DNA of 64,000 bases from Chiloscyllium plagiosum (taxonomy: Eukaryota). This document shows positions 48,219 through 61,791 of this stretch, piece by piece; positions within the stretch are counted from its first letter, which is position 1; each line of letters begins with the position of its first letter. The position numbers and the translations under genes are program-made. The notes under the pieces are model-generated. The model did no database searches. It saw only the letters and a list, made by a program, of their open reading frames with translations, and was not told where the DNA came from. The stretch is from contig NC_057719.1 in NCBI RefSeq assembly GCF_004010195.1, forward strand, positions 59,692,408 to 59,756,407. The letters run 5' to 3'.

Positions 48219-48914
48219 GTCTAATGAGACAGCAATTGACAATGATAACAATGTTACCTTTACTTTTCCTTATTAAACTGGTTTATGATGCGTGTATGGT
48301 CCCAGTTAAGATTGAGTTTAAGACCATAATAACTTCTGGGATCATGCTGTGATACAGTGATGATATTGTGGACGTGTTTCTTAAAGGCATAGTGTGAATT
48401 AATTGAGACGTTAACAGTGACAGCAAAGACACTAGCAAGCAAGTTGTGGAGATGGCAGATGTTGACAGTGCCAAATGGGGGATGGGCACTGACAGTGAAG
48501 ACCTCTGGACATGGACTGAAAGGACATCGGAGAAGGTGAACAGAAATGAAAACTTCAAGTGGCTGCAAATGGGGCACAGAACAAGCAGAGGCCATCTAAT
48601 TGTATATCTTATCTGCCCACTGTTGTCTGCTCCTGCAAATACAGCAGAGACTGTCATGTCAAAGTTGATCCCCACAGCCTAAAGCATTCTTATGAGACAG
48701 AAAGCTGCCTCCACTGCATTGACATTAAGACATGACAGTTTTCCAGATTCCTTTGCTGGTGTTCATCTCAACCAAGGGTGATTGGTTGTAAAGCATTAGT
48801 TTCACCTAATTATTTAAACACTATCTGAATCTCCTGAATAATATATTATACAACTTTGATTTACATTTTCTATTTAAATTCTGTTACTGGGTAGATTGGC
48901 CAATTTTTTGCCTG

Positions 48915-49465
48915 TCCATAATCTACAAGTCACAGGTCAGGAGTGTGATGGAATATTCTGCACTTGACTGGGTGACAGCAGCTCTAACAACACTCAAGAA
49001 GCTTGACACCATCCAGGTCAAAGCAGCCCACTTGATGAGCTTCACCTCCACAAACATCCACTCCCTTTGCCACTGATGCTCAGTAGCTGCAGTGTATCTA
49101 CAAGTACTATCTACAAGACGCAAAGCAGAAATTCATCAAAGATCCTCAGACAGCACCTTCCAAACCCACAACCACTTCCATCCAGAAGGACAAGGGCAGT
49201 AGTTGTATGGGAATACTACCACCTTCAAGTTCCCCTCCAAGCCACTCATCATCTTGACTTGGAAATATATTGTTGTTCTTTCACTGTCGGTGGGTCTAAA
49301 TCCTGGAATTCTTTCCCTAATGGCATTGTGGGTCCACTCATAGCAGGTGGACTGTAGTAGTTCAAGAGGGCAGCTCACCACCACCTTCTTAAGGGCAACT
49401 AGGGACAGGCAATAAATGCTGGCCAATCAGTGATGTCCCCATCCCACAAAATTATAAAATAAATA
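48915..49465 (+). mobile_element. LINE family X 3' fragment
   Basis: IYKSQVRSVMEYSALDWV.AALTTLKKLDTIQVKAAHLM plus the family 3' end. Confidence 0.85.
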
Positions 49466-50109
49466 ACAAATCAGCAGGGCAACTGTTTCCGAGGAGAATG
49501 TGTCACTGTCCCTCTAGTGGAACTCACCTCTAGTGGATCTGTCTTGTTACTGTTATAGGGGTTGATCATTTAATGGATAGATGTCTCCCTATCCTCAGCT
49601 TCATACCCGAGCGACATGAACAAGGAGTGAGTGGGCTTCCTGAACTCCACCAATGGGATGATTGGGAAGTGAGCCAGGATGGAGGTGACTTACTGGAGCT
49701 GAGTCAGTGTGACTTGTTTTCCATTGGTTAGCCATGTAATTGAATTTTCCTGAGTGATTGAAAGCCTCTCTGTGGTCAATCGTTCTGTGTATTTTGAGCA
49801 CGAATCTGTATCCTAACCATTTTGGCTTCAGATCCTTTAATTCTGTTTACCAGCAAAAATGTCACTCAGATTTATTGTTATGAAATGGGCTAGCTTCACA
49901 ATGTTGTTGTGAGGCAGAGTTCTGCATGTCTACCACCCTTTGGGTGAAATGTTTCCTAACTTTTTGTCTTAAAGACCTGACTCTGACTTTTATGTAACCT
50001 TGTTCTGGACACCCTCACCTGTAGAGGGAGAGTTTTACTTTATCAATTTCATTCAATGTCCTAATAACTTCGAGCAAATGATCTCTTACACTTCTATATT
50101 CCAATGACC

Positions 50110-50500
50110 ATGTCTCAGTTGATAGTGCTCTTGTTTCTGGGTCCAAGCCAATGCTCCAACAATTGAACATACAATTGAGCTGATACTCCAGTGCACTACC
50201 GAGGGAAAGCTGCATTATTTGAGGTGCCTTCTTTCAGCTGAAATGTTAAACCAAGGTCTTAAAAAGGACATAAAATATCCTATGGCAAAGTACAGTTGGT
50301 AGTTCCTTCTAATGTCTTGGCCAATATTTATCTTCTAAACTATATCACAAAAGCAGATTGTTTGCTCCCTGTCCCATTGCAGTGGGAGTTCGTTGGGTGC
50401 AGGTTAGTTGCTGTGTTTCCTAGATTATGATAACATGGACACTTCAAGTGGAACTTTATTGGTTATAAAATGCCTTGCAACATCCTTTGGCTATGTAAAA
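50110..50500 (+). mobile_element. DeuSINE (SacSINE1-like) remnant
   Basis: gctgatactccagtgcactaccgaggga, gaggtgccttctttcagctgaaatgttaaaccaagg and tcttggccaatatttatc resemble the Deu core as recalled. Confidence 0.55.
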
Positions 50501-51007
50501 TTATTAACAATTTGGGAAAAGTATGTATTCATTCATGTCAATGTGTTATCTAAAATATTAATTTATAATATGATGGACTGGACATATACATCTTGAAGGT
50601 TTTTGTGGAAAGAATGCATTTACTTTAAAAAGACACTGTCTGCAGCAAAAAAGAACAAGATGCCTAAATAGAGACGCCAAGTTTACAGCACTTTCAGAAA
50701 GGTGTCCCATGACCCATTGCATGGTGGGAAGTACGTTGATATGAAATGCAATCAGTTAGAACTTGCCACAAGGGCAATTTAGATGATTCGAACCTTGGAG
50801 AACTGTCAATTCTGGTGAATCTAAGCTGCACTCCTTTCAAGGCAGCTGAATTCTTTCAAAAGTGTGGTACCTCAAAACTGTAACCTATTACTTACTACTG
50901 TGGTCCAATTAGGGCTTTATATGATTACTATATAATAATAAAACCATAAGATGTAGGGCATTTGACCCATTAAGTCTGCTCTGCCGTTCAATGAGATCAT
51001 GACTGAT

Positions 51008-51976
51008 ATGATTTGGAGATGCCGGTGTTGGACTGGGATGTACAAAGTTAAAAATCACACAACACCAAGTTATCGTCCAACAGGTTTAATTGGAAGCAGC
51101 TGAAAGATGTGTTGCTGGAAAAGCGCAGCAGGTCAGGTAGCATCCAAGGAGCAGGAGAATCGACATTTCAGACATAAGCCCTTCTTCAGGAATAAGGAAG
51201 GATGCCAAGCAGGCTAAGATAAAAGGTAGGGAGGAGGGACTTGGGGGAGTGGCGTTGGGAATGCGATNNNNNNNNNNNNNNNNNNNNNNNNNNNNNNNNN
51301 NNNNNNNNNNNNNNNNNNNNNNNNNNNNNNNNNNNNNNNNNNNNNNNNAAGAAGATTGCAGGTCAAGAAGGTGGTGCTGAGTCCGAGGGTTGGGACTTAG
51401 ATAAGGTGGGGGGAGGGGAAATGAAGAAGCTGGAGAAATCTGCATTCATTCCTTGTGGTTGGAGGGTTCCTAGGCGGGAGATGATGTGCTCTTCCTCCAG
51501 GCGTCGTGTTGCATGGTCTGGCGATGGAGGAGGCCAAGGACCTGCATGTCCTTGGCAGAGTGGGAGAGGGAGATGAAGTGTTCAGCCACAGGGCGGTTGG
51601 GTTGGTTGGTGCGGGTGTCCCAGAGGTGTTCTCTGAAACGTTCCGCAAGTAGGCGGCCTGTCTCTCCAATGTAGAGGAGGCCACCCTCTCCAGCCTATCA
51701 CCCTCACCTTAACCTCCACCTATCGCATTCCCAACGCCCCTCCCCCAAGACCCTCCTCCCTACCTTTTATCTTAGCCTGCTTGGCACACCTTCCTCATTC
51801 TTGAAGAAGGGCATATGCCCGAAACGTCGATTCTCCTGCTCCTTGGATGCTGCCTGACCTGCTGCGCTTTTCCAGCGACACATTTTCAGCTCTGATCTCC
51901 AGCATCTGCAGTCCTCACTTTCTCTTAATTGGAAGCAGACTAGCTTTCGGAGCGCCGCTTCTTCATCAGGTGGTTG
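51008..51976 (-). mobile_element. Penelope family B terminal fragment split by a family A insertion
   Basis: 51008-51099 plus 51939-51976 rebuild the family B arm; flanking duplication tcatgactgatatgat at 50997-51012 and 51977-51992. Confidence 0.85.
51100..51924 (-). mobile_element. 5'-truncated Penelope (family A) with inverted pLTR and GIY-YIG remnant
   Basis: Minus strand GLLYIGETGRLLAERFREH...PVAEHF...RRLEEEHIISRLGTLQPQGMN; inverted arms; TSD ttaattggaagcag at 51086-51099 and 51925-51938. Confidence 0.9.
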
Positions 51977-53189
51977 TCATGACTGATATGATAATCCTCA
52001 GTTCCACTTTCCTACCTTTTCCGCATAACCCATTATTCCCTTTACTAATCAAAAATCTGTCAATATCAGTCTTGAATATACTTAATGACCCAGCCTCGAG
52101 AGCCCACTTAAACGTTTCAAGATTTGCTAACCTCTGAGAGAAGAATTTCCTCTTCATCACTCTTATATGGGTGACCTCTTCATCTGAGATTATGTCCTCT
52201 GGTTTTGGACTTTTCCACAGGATAAAATAACCTCTCAGCATAAATCCATTCAAGTCCCACAAGAATTTTATATGTTTCAATAAGGTTGTCTCTCATTCCT
52301 CGAAATAGACCCAGGGTACAGAAGCTCTCTTCTTCAGAAGGTCCCTCTGTGCCCAGCACCAGCCATGAACCTTCCCAGTATATCTTAGTTAAGACCAAAC
52401 TGTTCAGTTTCTAAATGTGATCAAGCTAGTGCCTTGTATAGTTTTAGGAAGACTTCCCTGTATTTATATTCCATTCCATTTGAAATAAAGGCAACATTCC
52501 ATTTGCCTTCCCTATTACCTGATGAACTTGTTCACTAATTTTTTGTGATTTGAACTGTTACACAAATCCCTCTGTGCTGCAGCTTTCTGCAGTCTTTCTC
52601 CATTTAAATAATACTCTGATCCTCTATTCTTCCTTAAAATTGCATAAGCTCACATTTTTCTACATATAGTCCTACTCGCTTAACTTGTCGACATGCCACT
52701 GTCGACTCTTTGTGTCTTCCTCAGCATTTCTCTTCTCTCCACCATTTGCCCCACCCCTATCATTATTCTGAAAAGTTGGTACATTCACTATCCTTATCAA
52801 AGTAATTTATAAATATCTTGTAGATAATTACGATCCAGCATTGATATCCATGGCACTCCACTAGTTACAGGTTGCATTTCTGAAAATGCCCCTTATCTTC
52901 TTTTTTTTATTAGTTGGCCAATCTCTATTCAAACTAATATACTACCCTGACAAGCTCATATCTTAAGTAACCTAATGTGCTGTACCTTATTAAATGCTTT
53001 TCGGAAATCCAAATCTACTGGTTTCCCTTATATATTCTGCTTGCTATCTCCTCAACAAATTCTAATAACTTTGTCAGTTATGATTTTCCTTTCTTGAAGC
53101 CATACTGACTTTGCCTGATCATATCATGTATTTCTAAATGTCTTGCTGTCAAGTCCCTTAAAATAGACCAAAATACTCTCCTGGTGAAG

Positions 53190-53301
53190 ATTCCTGATGA
53201 AGGGATCCTGCTCCTCGGATGCTGCCTGACCTGCTGTGCTTTTCCAGCACCACTCTAATCTTGACTTTAATCTCCAGGATCTGCAGTCCTCACTTTCGCC
53301 T
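53190..53301 (+). mobile_element. Single-arm Penelope family A fragment
   Basis: attcctgatgaaggg...ggatgctgcctgacctgctgtg...cctcactttc; duplication cctggtgaa at 53180-53188 and 53307-53315. Confidence 0.75.
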
Positions 53302-53584
53302 CCTTGCCTGGTGAATAATGTTAAGCTAACTGGCAACACCATTATTCAAAAAAAGAAGGAAAACACAAAACGTGTAAATATATCCACTTACCTTCACATC
53401 TGAGATCAGGGAAGTTCTGAGGAATTTATTACAAATGATGTAACAGCAGAGCATTTAGAAATACATAATCATGCAGTCACCATAAAGAATGGTGCAATAT
53501 ATTTATTCAACTCCTCTATTGTTTGGTGTTTCTTGATAATAATTGTAATGAGACCTTGGTCTTTAGCTAAAAATGCCAGCATTC

Positions 53585-54510
53585 TATTAGAACATTACAG
53601 CACAATACAGGCCCTTTGGCCCTCGATGTTGTGCAGACCTGTGGAACCAATCTGAAGCCCATCTAACCTACACTATTCCATTCTTGTCCATACGTTTATC
53701 CAATGACCATTTAAATACCCTTAAAGTTGGCGAGTCTACTACTGTTGCAGGCATTGCATTCCACCCCCCTACCACTCTTTGAGTAAAGAAACTATCTCTG
53801 ACGTCTGTCCTATATCTGTAACCCCTCAATTTAAAGCTATGTCCCCTCATGCTAACCATCATCATCCGAGGAAAAAGGCTCTGACTGTCCAACCTATCTA
53901 ACCCTCTGATTATCTTATATGTCTCAATTAAGTCACCTCTTAACCTTCTTCTCCCTAATGAAACATCCTTAAGTTCCTCAGCTTTTCCTTGTAAGACCTT
54001 CCCTCCATACCAGGCAACATCCTAGTAAATCTCCTCTAAGCCTTTTCTAAAGCTTCCACAGTCTTCCTACAATGTTGTGACCAGAACTGTCTGCAGTACT
54101 CCAAATGTGGCCGCACCAGAGTTTTGTACAGCTGCTGCATTATTTCATGGTTCCAAAACTCAATCCCTCTACCAATAAAAGCTAACACACTTCTTAACAA
54201 ACCTATCAACCTGGGTGGCAACTTTTAAGGATCTATGTATCTGGACACCAAGATCTTTCTGCTCATCTACACTACCAAGAATCCTACCATTAGCCCAGTA
54301 CTCTGCATTTCTGATACTCCTTCCAAAGTGAATCACCTCTCACTTTTCTGCATTAAACAGCATTTGCCACCTCTCCGCCCAGCTCTGCAACTTATCTATG
54401 TCTCTCTGTAACCTACAACATCCTTCGTCACTATCCACAACTCTACCGATCTTTGTGTCATTCGCAAATTTATTAACCCATCCCTCTATGCCCTCATCCA
54501 GGTCATTTAT
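53585..54510 (-). mobile_element. CR1 3' fragment, same subfamily as 30610-34910
   Basis: Minus ORFs LYKTLVRPHLEYC and RGHSFKLRG...FFTQRVV, reverse tail. Confidence 0.9.
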
Positions 54511-55050
54511 TAGCCTTTTCTGATTCTTTTATTGTATCTGGCTACCAGTAATCTGTGTATATGGACTCCTAAGTCTCTTTGGACCTCCATTCCTAGCTTT
54601 TTAACCATGTGAAAGAAATGCTCTAATCAATCTTTTCTGGTCCAAAATGGGTGACCAAACATGCACCTGAATTGAAATGCATCTGTTATATTTTTGCCCA
54701 CTCATAAACTACAATTTGTAATTTTAGGCTTCCATCTACACCATTTACCATGCTGCCTGTCTCTGTATCATTAGTAAACTTGCATAGATGGATTAGACAT
54801 AGAGATAGACAGTGAAAATAGGAGCTGGAGTAGGCCATTGAGCCTGCTGCACCATTCAATATAATCATGGCTGATCCTCCAACTCACTACCCTATCTCAC
54901 ACACCTTCTTGAAAACATTCAATGCTTTGGCTTCAACTGCTTTCTGTAGCAGAGAATTCCATAGATTCACCATTCTCCGGTTCAAGACATTTCCCTTAAT
55001 CTCAGTCATAAATAGATTCTCCCCATATCCTGTGACCCTGATTCTGGATT
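54510..55050 (-). mobile_element. Older CR1 fragments
   Basis: CKFTNDTETG remnant and reverse tail aataggagctggagtaggccatt. Confidence 0.6.
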
Positions 55051-57019
55051 AAACACAAAATGTTGGAGCTAACCAGTGTCTGTGGACTGAAAAACAATTC
55101 AAATTTAAAGTTAATGACCTTATTTGAAACTGGGGCAAGTTATAGGTGTTACATGTTTTAAACAAGTAGTAAAGAAGGGGCAGTGGTGGGGAGGTTGGTG
55201 AAAAATGAGCCAAAGGGGAACTCTGAATGAGGATAGAAGACAGGAGAGCTTAAATGATGATAGATATGATGGGGCAAGGCATAAAGAGATGTCATGTATA
55301 TTGTCAATGTCTGATCTGACCCATACTGTGACTTCAGATCTATAGCATGTGCTTGATTCTTTACTGTTCTCTGAAATGGTCTGGTCACTCACTCATTGTA
55401 TTGTTGGTGGTGTGGCTCATAGCCAAATCGCTCGATCTGTCCCCTAACTGCATTGTAACTTTGTCCTGCATTAAACATGTCATCTCAATCCAGCCCTCTC
55501 TGCTCATTTAAAATCCTCATTCTGTACTACCCAGCCAAATACTGGGAACATTTGCAAGGAGTGCATTAGAATTGCCAAGTTTGGAAGCAACGCATCTAAA
55601 AAATACTTGGCAGTAAGTGTAAGCTAAAAGTGAGGCTGGGGTGGAGGGCTTTGAAGCAGAATTAAATTTGGAAGAGATTGCAGAGCGAATGAAGTTGTTG
55701 AGAAGTTTGAGGATGAAGATTTTCAATTTGATTTCAAAATGAGATGAAAATCAGGTCAAGTCTCAAAAGGTTTGCATTCCTAGGTGTTTAAGATGTAAAA
55801 TTACTCACAATGATGATTCAGTGGTTCTTGCATGTCATGAATTGAGTTCTTCAAGACAAGCAGGTCTTTTTAAAATTGTACTCGGATTGACTATTTCACC
55901 TGATATTGTGGCATTGAAGTTATAGTTAGTCCTTGTCCCTGAGCAATGAGAAGGAAAAATCAGACCGACTTCCTGTTCCTGATCACTGACTACTCACAAT
56001 CATTTAATATAATCATGTGCAGTATTAAGGTGAGGATGGAATTATATTTGCTACAATATCCCCTGAAATTAGGTAATATTACATTGCCAACCATATTTTA
56101 AAAATTGCAATGATGAGCAAGTTATCAAATATTGCTGGCACGAAAACCACATTCTGGAATGATTGCTCTTGTTGAGGAAATGAAAAGCAATGTGACTTAC
56201 TATTATGTAAATGAGAAGTGTTAACATGTGGATATAAATGTGCTGCATAAGACACATCTGCTGCTTTGTGAATATGATTCATAAGGAAACAAATTGGACC
56301 TTGACTTACTTCCGTGTATTACAGAAAGCTAGCAGGCCTGGAAACTACCCTATGTCTCAGTAATGCCCTGTTAGTCTTGAAATTAAAGATTTGTGAAAGA
56401 TGGTGAAAAGTTTCATTGCAATGCAGCTGTAGAATGTAGCCCCAGGCTCAATTATACCAGGAAGGGATTTCTTCTAATTCCACAAAAATGAGGTGTGGCA
56501 AATGCTGGTAATAGCTTGGGGTCTTCAATTAAAATAAAACGATTGTCAAAGTGAAATTAAGCAGAAATAGGACCTAGTTCACACTGATTATTGCAGTTGC
56601 CAATAAAATACAAATTATTTATGGTCTGATAATTAACTCTGAAATTCAATAAGCACTGCCGCACATTGCTTGCTATGATATGCCTTTTGCATATTGTTCT
56701 GTGTTTTCCACAGAAGTCTATTGATCACGGTTTAAGCTATGTCACCTAGTTGTTAGTTGTGACTGTTTTTAGTAAAATTCTAATGATCCAAATATAATCT
56801 TGCAGCTTTCGTATTCACCGATGTGTTTAATGTATGGTCAGATGCAACACTTTACTGATATGTCACGAAAAACATTCTTTGTCTGTTCTAGTTTTTTAAT
56901 CTGTCAAAATATCACACCTGCAATGTTACTCAATCTTTTGCATGCTAAGACCTAGCTGTTGCTTTACTTATTTGTTTTCATAGGTTTAGGGTGAGAGGGG
57001 AGTGACTTAAAAGGGACTT

Positions 57020-58505
57020 AACCTGGGTGGCAACTTTGAGGGATCTATGGACATGGATCCCAAGATCTGTCTGTTCCTCCACACTGCCAAGAAGCAGTAA
57101 CCTGTATTCTGCATTCAAATTTGACCTTCCAAAGTGAGTGACTTCACATTCTTCCAGGTTGAACTCATTCTGCCACTTATCAGCCCAGTTCCGCATCCTG
57201 CAAAAATCACAAAGAGCAGAGGTCTCGGAACCAATCCCTGCCCAACACCGCTGGTCACAGAGCTCCAGGCTAAGTACTTTATATCTATCATCACCCTCTG
57301 TCTTCTAGGGCCAGCCAATTCTGTATCCAGACAAAGAGGTTTCCTGGTATCCTCTGCCTCCTTACTTTCTGAATGAGCCTACCATGGGGAACCTTATCAA
57401 CGCTTTGCTAAAACCTATATACGCCACATCCACTGCTCTACCTTCATCAATGTTTTTTGTTACATGCTCAAAGAATTCAATAAGGTTTGGGAGGCACGAC
57501 CTGCCGCTCACAAAGCCATGCTGACTATCTCTAATCAAACTATGGTTTTCCAAGTAATCATAAACTCTGTGTCTCAGAATCCTCTCCTATACTTTGCACA
57601 CCACAGATGTAGGACTGACTGGTCTGTAATTCCCAAGATTATTCTTATTCCCTTTTTTTGAACAAGGGAATAACATTTGCCACCCTCCAATCAACAGGCA
57701 CTACTCCAGTGGACAGTGAGGACGCATAGATCATCGCTTAAGCCACAGCAATCCTTTTCCTCACTTCCTGTAGTAACTTGGGTATATCCCAACTGGCCCA
57801 GAGCACTTAACTATCCTTAAGGTTTTCAAAATTTTCAGCACATCCTCCTTCCTAACAGTAACCTGTTTGAGCATTTCAGTCTGTTTCACGTTGTCCTCAG
57901 GAACATCAAGGTCCCTCTCAGTAGTGAATACTGAAGCAAAGTATTAATTAAAGATCTCCCCTACTTCCTACATCTTCAGGTGCTAGTTCCCTCTACTATC
58001 CCTGATCGGTCCTACTCTCACTCTGACAATCCTCTTATTCTTCACATAAGTATAGAATGCCTTAGCGTTTTCCTTAATCCTACCTGCTAAAGCTTTCTCA
58101 TGGCCCCTTCTAGCTCGCCTAATTCCATTCTTCAGATCCTTCCTGGCTACCTGGTAACCCTGTAGACTACTGTCTGATCCTTGCCTCCTCAGCCTTAAGT
58201 AAGCTTCCTTCTTCCACTTGACTAGATGTTCCACATCCCTTGTCACCCAAGGCTCTTTCAACCTACTATCCCTTCCTTATCTCAGTGGGACAAACCTGTT
58301 CAGCACCATCAGCAGGTGCGTACTAAACAACATCTACATTTCTGGTGTGCATTTCCCTGAGAACATCTGTCCAATGTAGGTGCCCCAGTTCTTGCCTAAT
58401 AACATTGTAATTCCCCCTCTCCCAATTAAATTCTGTCCCATACTGGCTGCTCTTATCCATCTCCGTGAGTACAGTAAAGGTCAGGGAGTACAGTAAAGGT
58501 CAGGA
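57020..58505 (-). mobile_element. CR1 ORF2 internal fragment (RT)
   Basis: SQHGFVSGRSCLPNLIEFF, FSKAL, EPWVTRDV...IKENAKAFY. Confidence 0.9.
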
Positions 58506-59159
58506 CTTATTCTATAGGAACTGAGCTGAGAATTGTTGAACTTGAGTCACATAACGGTTCAATATCCATTTTACAGTCTTCCACATCCACCATTCTCACT
58601 GTACTTTTTGATTTGCATCTCAATGACGTGTCATATTGTGTAGTGGGTACTAACCACTGGCAGCTTCAGGTGGCACTCTGNNNNNNNNNNNNNNNNNNNN
58701 NNNNNNNNNNNNNNNNNNNNNNNNNNNNNNNNNNNNNNNNNNNNNNNNNNNNNNNNNNNNNNNNNNNNNNNNNNNNNNNNNNNNNNNNNNNNNNNNNNNN
58801 NNNNNNNNNNNNNNNNNNNNNNNNNNNNNNNNNNNNNNNNNNNNNNNNNNNNNNNNNNNNNNNNNNNNNNNNNNNNNNNNNNNNNNNNNNNNNNNNNNNN
58901 NNNNNNNNNNNNNNNNNNNNNNNNNNNNNNNNNNNNNNNNNNNNNNNNNNNNNNNNNNNNNGCTGGTCCAGCCAGTGATGTCCACATCCCATAAATGAAT
59001 TAAAAATAAATTACCATTAATTAGTTAGGTATAATTATAACTGTCAGGCGTTGGGTATATCATACCTGCTTCCAACGATGCCTTGTGCAAAAATAATTTT
59101 CTCCACCTGTAACATCAAAAGATTGCGTGCAGCCAATACAACCTCAGCTTTAATTTTTT

Positions 59160-59365
59160 GATAGTTTGCACATTCTTCCCATGTCTGCGTGGGTTTCCTC
59201 CAGGTGCTCCGGTTTCCTTCCACAATCTAAAGCTGTGCAGGTTAGATGGATTAACCTTGGGAAAGGCGGCATTATGGAATAAGATGGTGGGGTTGGATGC
59301 TCTTCTGAGTCACTGGGCCAAATGGCATCTATCTCCACTTTAGGCATTCTAAGATTCCATGATTT
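59160..59365 (+). mobile_element. 5'-truncated HE1-like SINE
   Basis: V core agtttgcacattcttcccatgtctgcgtgggtttcctcc and tail. Confidence 0.75.
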
Positions 59366-60529
59366 TCTGGTGCAACAACTTCTCTTTTTCACCATTGTTT
59401 CCAGTTATGCATTCATGTATATATCAACTTTTATATTTAGCTCTACTCCATCTCCCTCTATGTCTTGAACTTCACAAATTTAGATGGGATGGATGTTTTG
59501 CAATTCTTCTGAAAAGCATTCTTTTTGGATCTTGAAGATTGCTCAATCTTAATTCTTAAGTCTTAATCTTGATTCTGATCTTGACTGTGGTTGTTTGTAA
59601 ATATTACTGTCACGATGTTCCTCATTGGGTTCATCCCAATCAAGCATTAGTGTCAAACTATTTGACAATGAGACAAGATTTCTACAATTCTTCCTCAATT
59701 GTACAAAGAATACATGACTATTGCTTGTTTGTAGACTTGTGAACTATCATTCTATTCCTATTGAGATTCCTTGACCTGGGCCCGAGTTGGGACTGCTGAC
59801 ACGCAGAGTGATGTTATAGTGCATACCCTGCTGGTCCCAATAGGTTGATCATTTTTTACCAACCTATTTATAGTTGCTATGAGTCAATTTATTTTATAGA
59901 ATAGGGTGTTGAATCATCAGTTTTGCTCCATCTGCAATTCTGATGACAATAAGCCATGCTAGAGCGGGGTGGATCAGCAATTTAGTAATGCTGTTTAAAA
60001 GTCAGTGCTTTTGCTTAAGAAGTTTTGACCATGCTTTATTTTTTTCATTTAACTGAGTGTATCTTAGTGAGTCTATTACATAAATAAAACTGAAAAGATG
60101 GCAGATGCTGTAAATAGTAAAATGTTGTGAGCCTGTCTTAAAATTCTTTTTAACTTACTTCTCTGAAATCTTTCTTCAAATCAATGGAAGTTACCTTTTT
60201 ATCAACATTCATAAACTGTTTTTAATACTGCAGTCTCAATATAAATTACTCTTCTAGACCTTATTCTGTCTATGGTAGCCAGGCTTTGTTGAGCTTACTA
60301 GCTTGCACTAGTTTCAAAGGGTAGGTTCTCCCCTCCTTGGTGAGGTCACTATCTGTATCTCTCATGGTACTTACCATGGTTCTCTGGTGAACCAAAGACT
60401 GGAAGATGTGCACCTGAGTTGTTGTGTATTTTCTTTAATTGGTGTACATTTTGAGGAGGGTTAAAAGCCACTGAAAGCAAAGACTTAAAGCTGTTTGAAA
60501 TGTATTTGAAATATAGTAATGCTACAGCG

Positions 60530-61055
60530 AGTAACTCACATCCTGACTTCACAAAGCCTGTCCACCATCTACAAAACACAAGTCAGAAGTGTGATGGAAA
60601 ACTCCCCAATTGCCTGGATGAGTGCTCAAGAACCTTGACACCATTCAGGACAAAGCAGCCCGCTTGATTGACACTACATACACCACTAACACTCAGTTGC
60701 AACCGTGTGTACCACATTGCAGAAATTCATCAAAGATCCTCAGACCTTCCAAACCCACAAACTCTTCCATCTAGAAGGACAAGGGCAGCATATATACTGG
60801 AACACCATCACTTCCAAGTTCCCCTACAAGCCCCTCACTATCCTGATTTGGAAATATATAATTGTTCCTCCACTGTGGCTGGGTGAAAATCCTGGAATTC
60901 TCTCTAATGGCATTGTGGGTCAACCCACAACAGGTGTACTGTAGCAGTTCACGAGAGCAGCTCACCACTACCTTCTCAAGGACTACTCGGGACGGGCAAT
61001 AAATGCTGGCTAGCCAGTGACATCCACATCCCACAGAATAATAAATAAAAAAAAT
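60530..61055 (+). mobile_element. LINE family X 3' fragment
   Basis: LSTIYKTQVRSVMENSPIAWMS plus the family 3' end and A tail. Confidence 0.85.
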
Positions 61056-61791
61056 TGATCCTTGAAGGTGAAATGCAAAAATTAGAGCATGATATTTGGA
61101 AGCCAGATCCCTTCAACGCAGTCTTGTCCAATATATCTTGAAGTTAACATATCAATGGTGTATTTATTTGTTCATCCACTTCTAATTATTCTGTACTTCA
61201 GTTTTATTCTTCATCATGTACCTTTACAGCTTTTTTGTCTTTTTAAAAGATTTTCTTAAGATTCTAAAAGAACAAGTGTGCCACAATGAGCTTTTTAACC
61301 ATGCCCAAAAATGTAGAACCGCAGAATACTCCCTGTAACGGGGATAAGTTCATAAGTAATCTGTGGAAAATTTATTTTGAGAAGGAAGTGGTGAACTTAT
61401 GGAACAGGCTAACAAGTGAGATGACGGAATCAATAACATGGACTAAATTGAAAGCAAATTAAGTAGGTTTATTTCATAAAATAATATTTCAAGGTACAAT
61501 TTGAGACTGCAATTGCATCTGCAATTTGAGACTGCTAATAACAGTTGATTGTCTACCTTAAGATTGTTTTGATAATTACACTACTCAGAAAGCTAAGGGT
61601 AAAACTGGACAGGTCTAAGGGATCAGACTACTGAAAGAAGTGGAAAATCACATATTCCAAGAGGAATCAGTAATTGATAAGGACATGTCAAAACATTGAA
61701 ACAAAAATTCTGAATATCTTTAGGTAGCCTCAAAAGACATCTGAACACAATACACAATGCCTGAAAGGCATTGGCTTAAGTAGTAATGAGA

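Larger units (their letters stand above)
50940..53180 (-). mobile_element. Old CR1 3' half carrying nested Penelope elements
   Basis: Reverse tail at 50940-51000, minus ORFs RDNLIETYKIL and FFSQR. Confidence 0.7.

Noticed and set aside
58466..58505. Short direct duplication gagtacagtaaaggtcagg (also caatttgagactgc near 61497-61534)
   Set aside because: Ordinary micro-duplications at or near repeat breakpoints with no sign of function.
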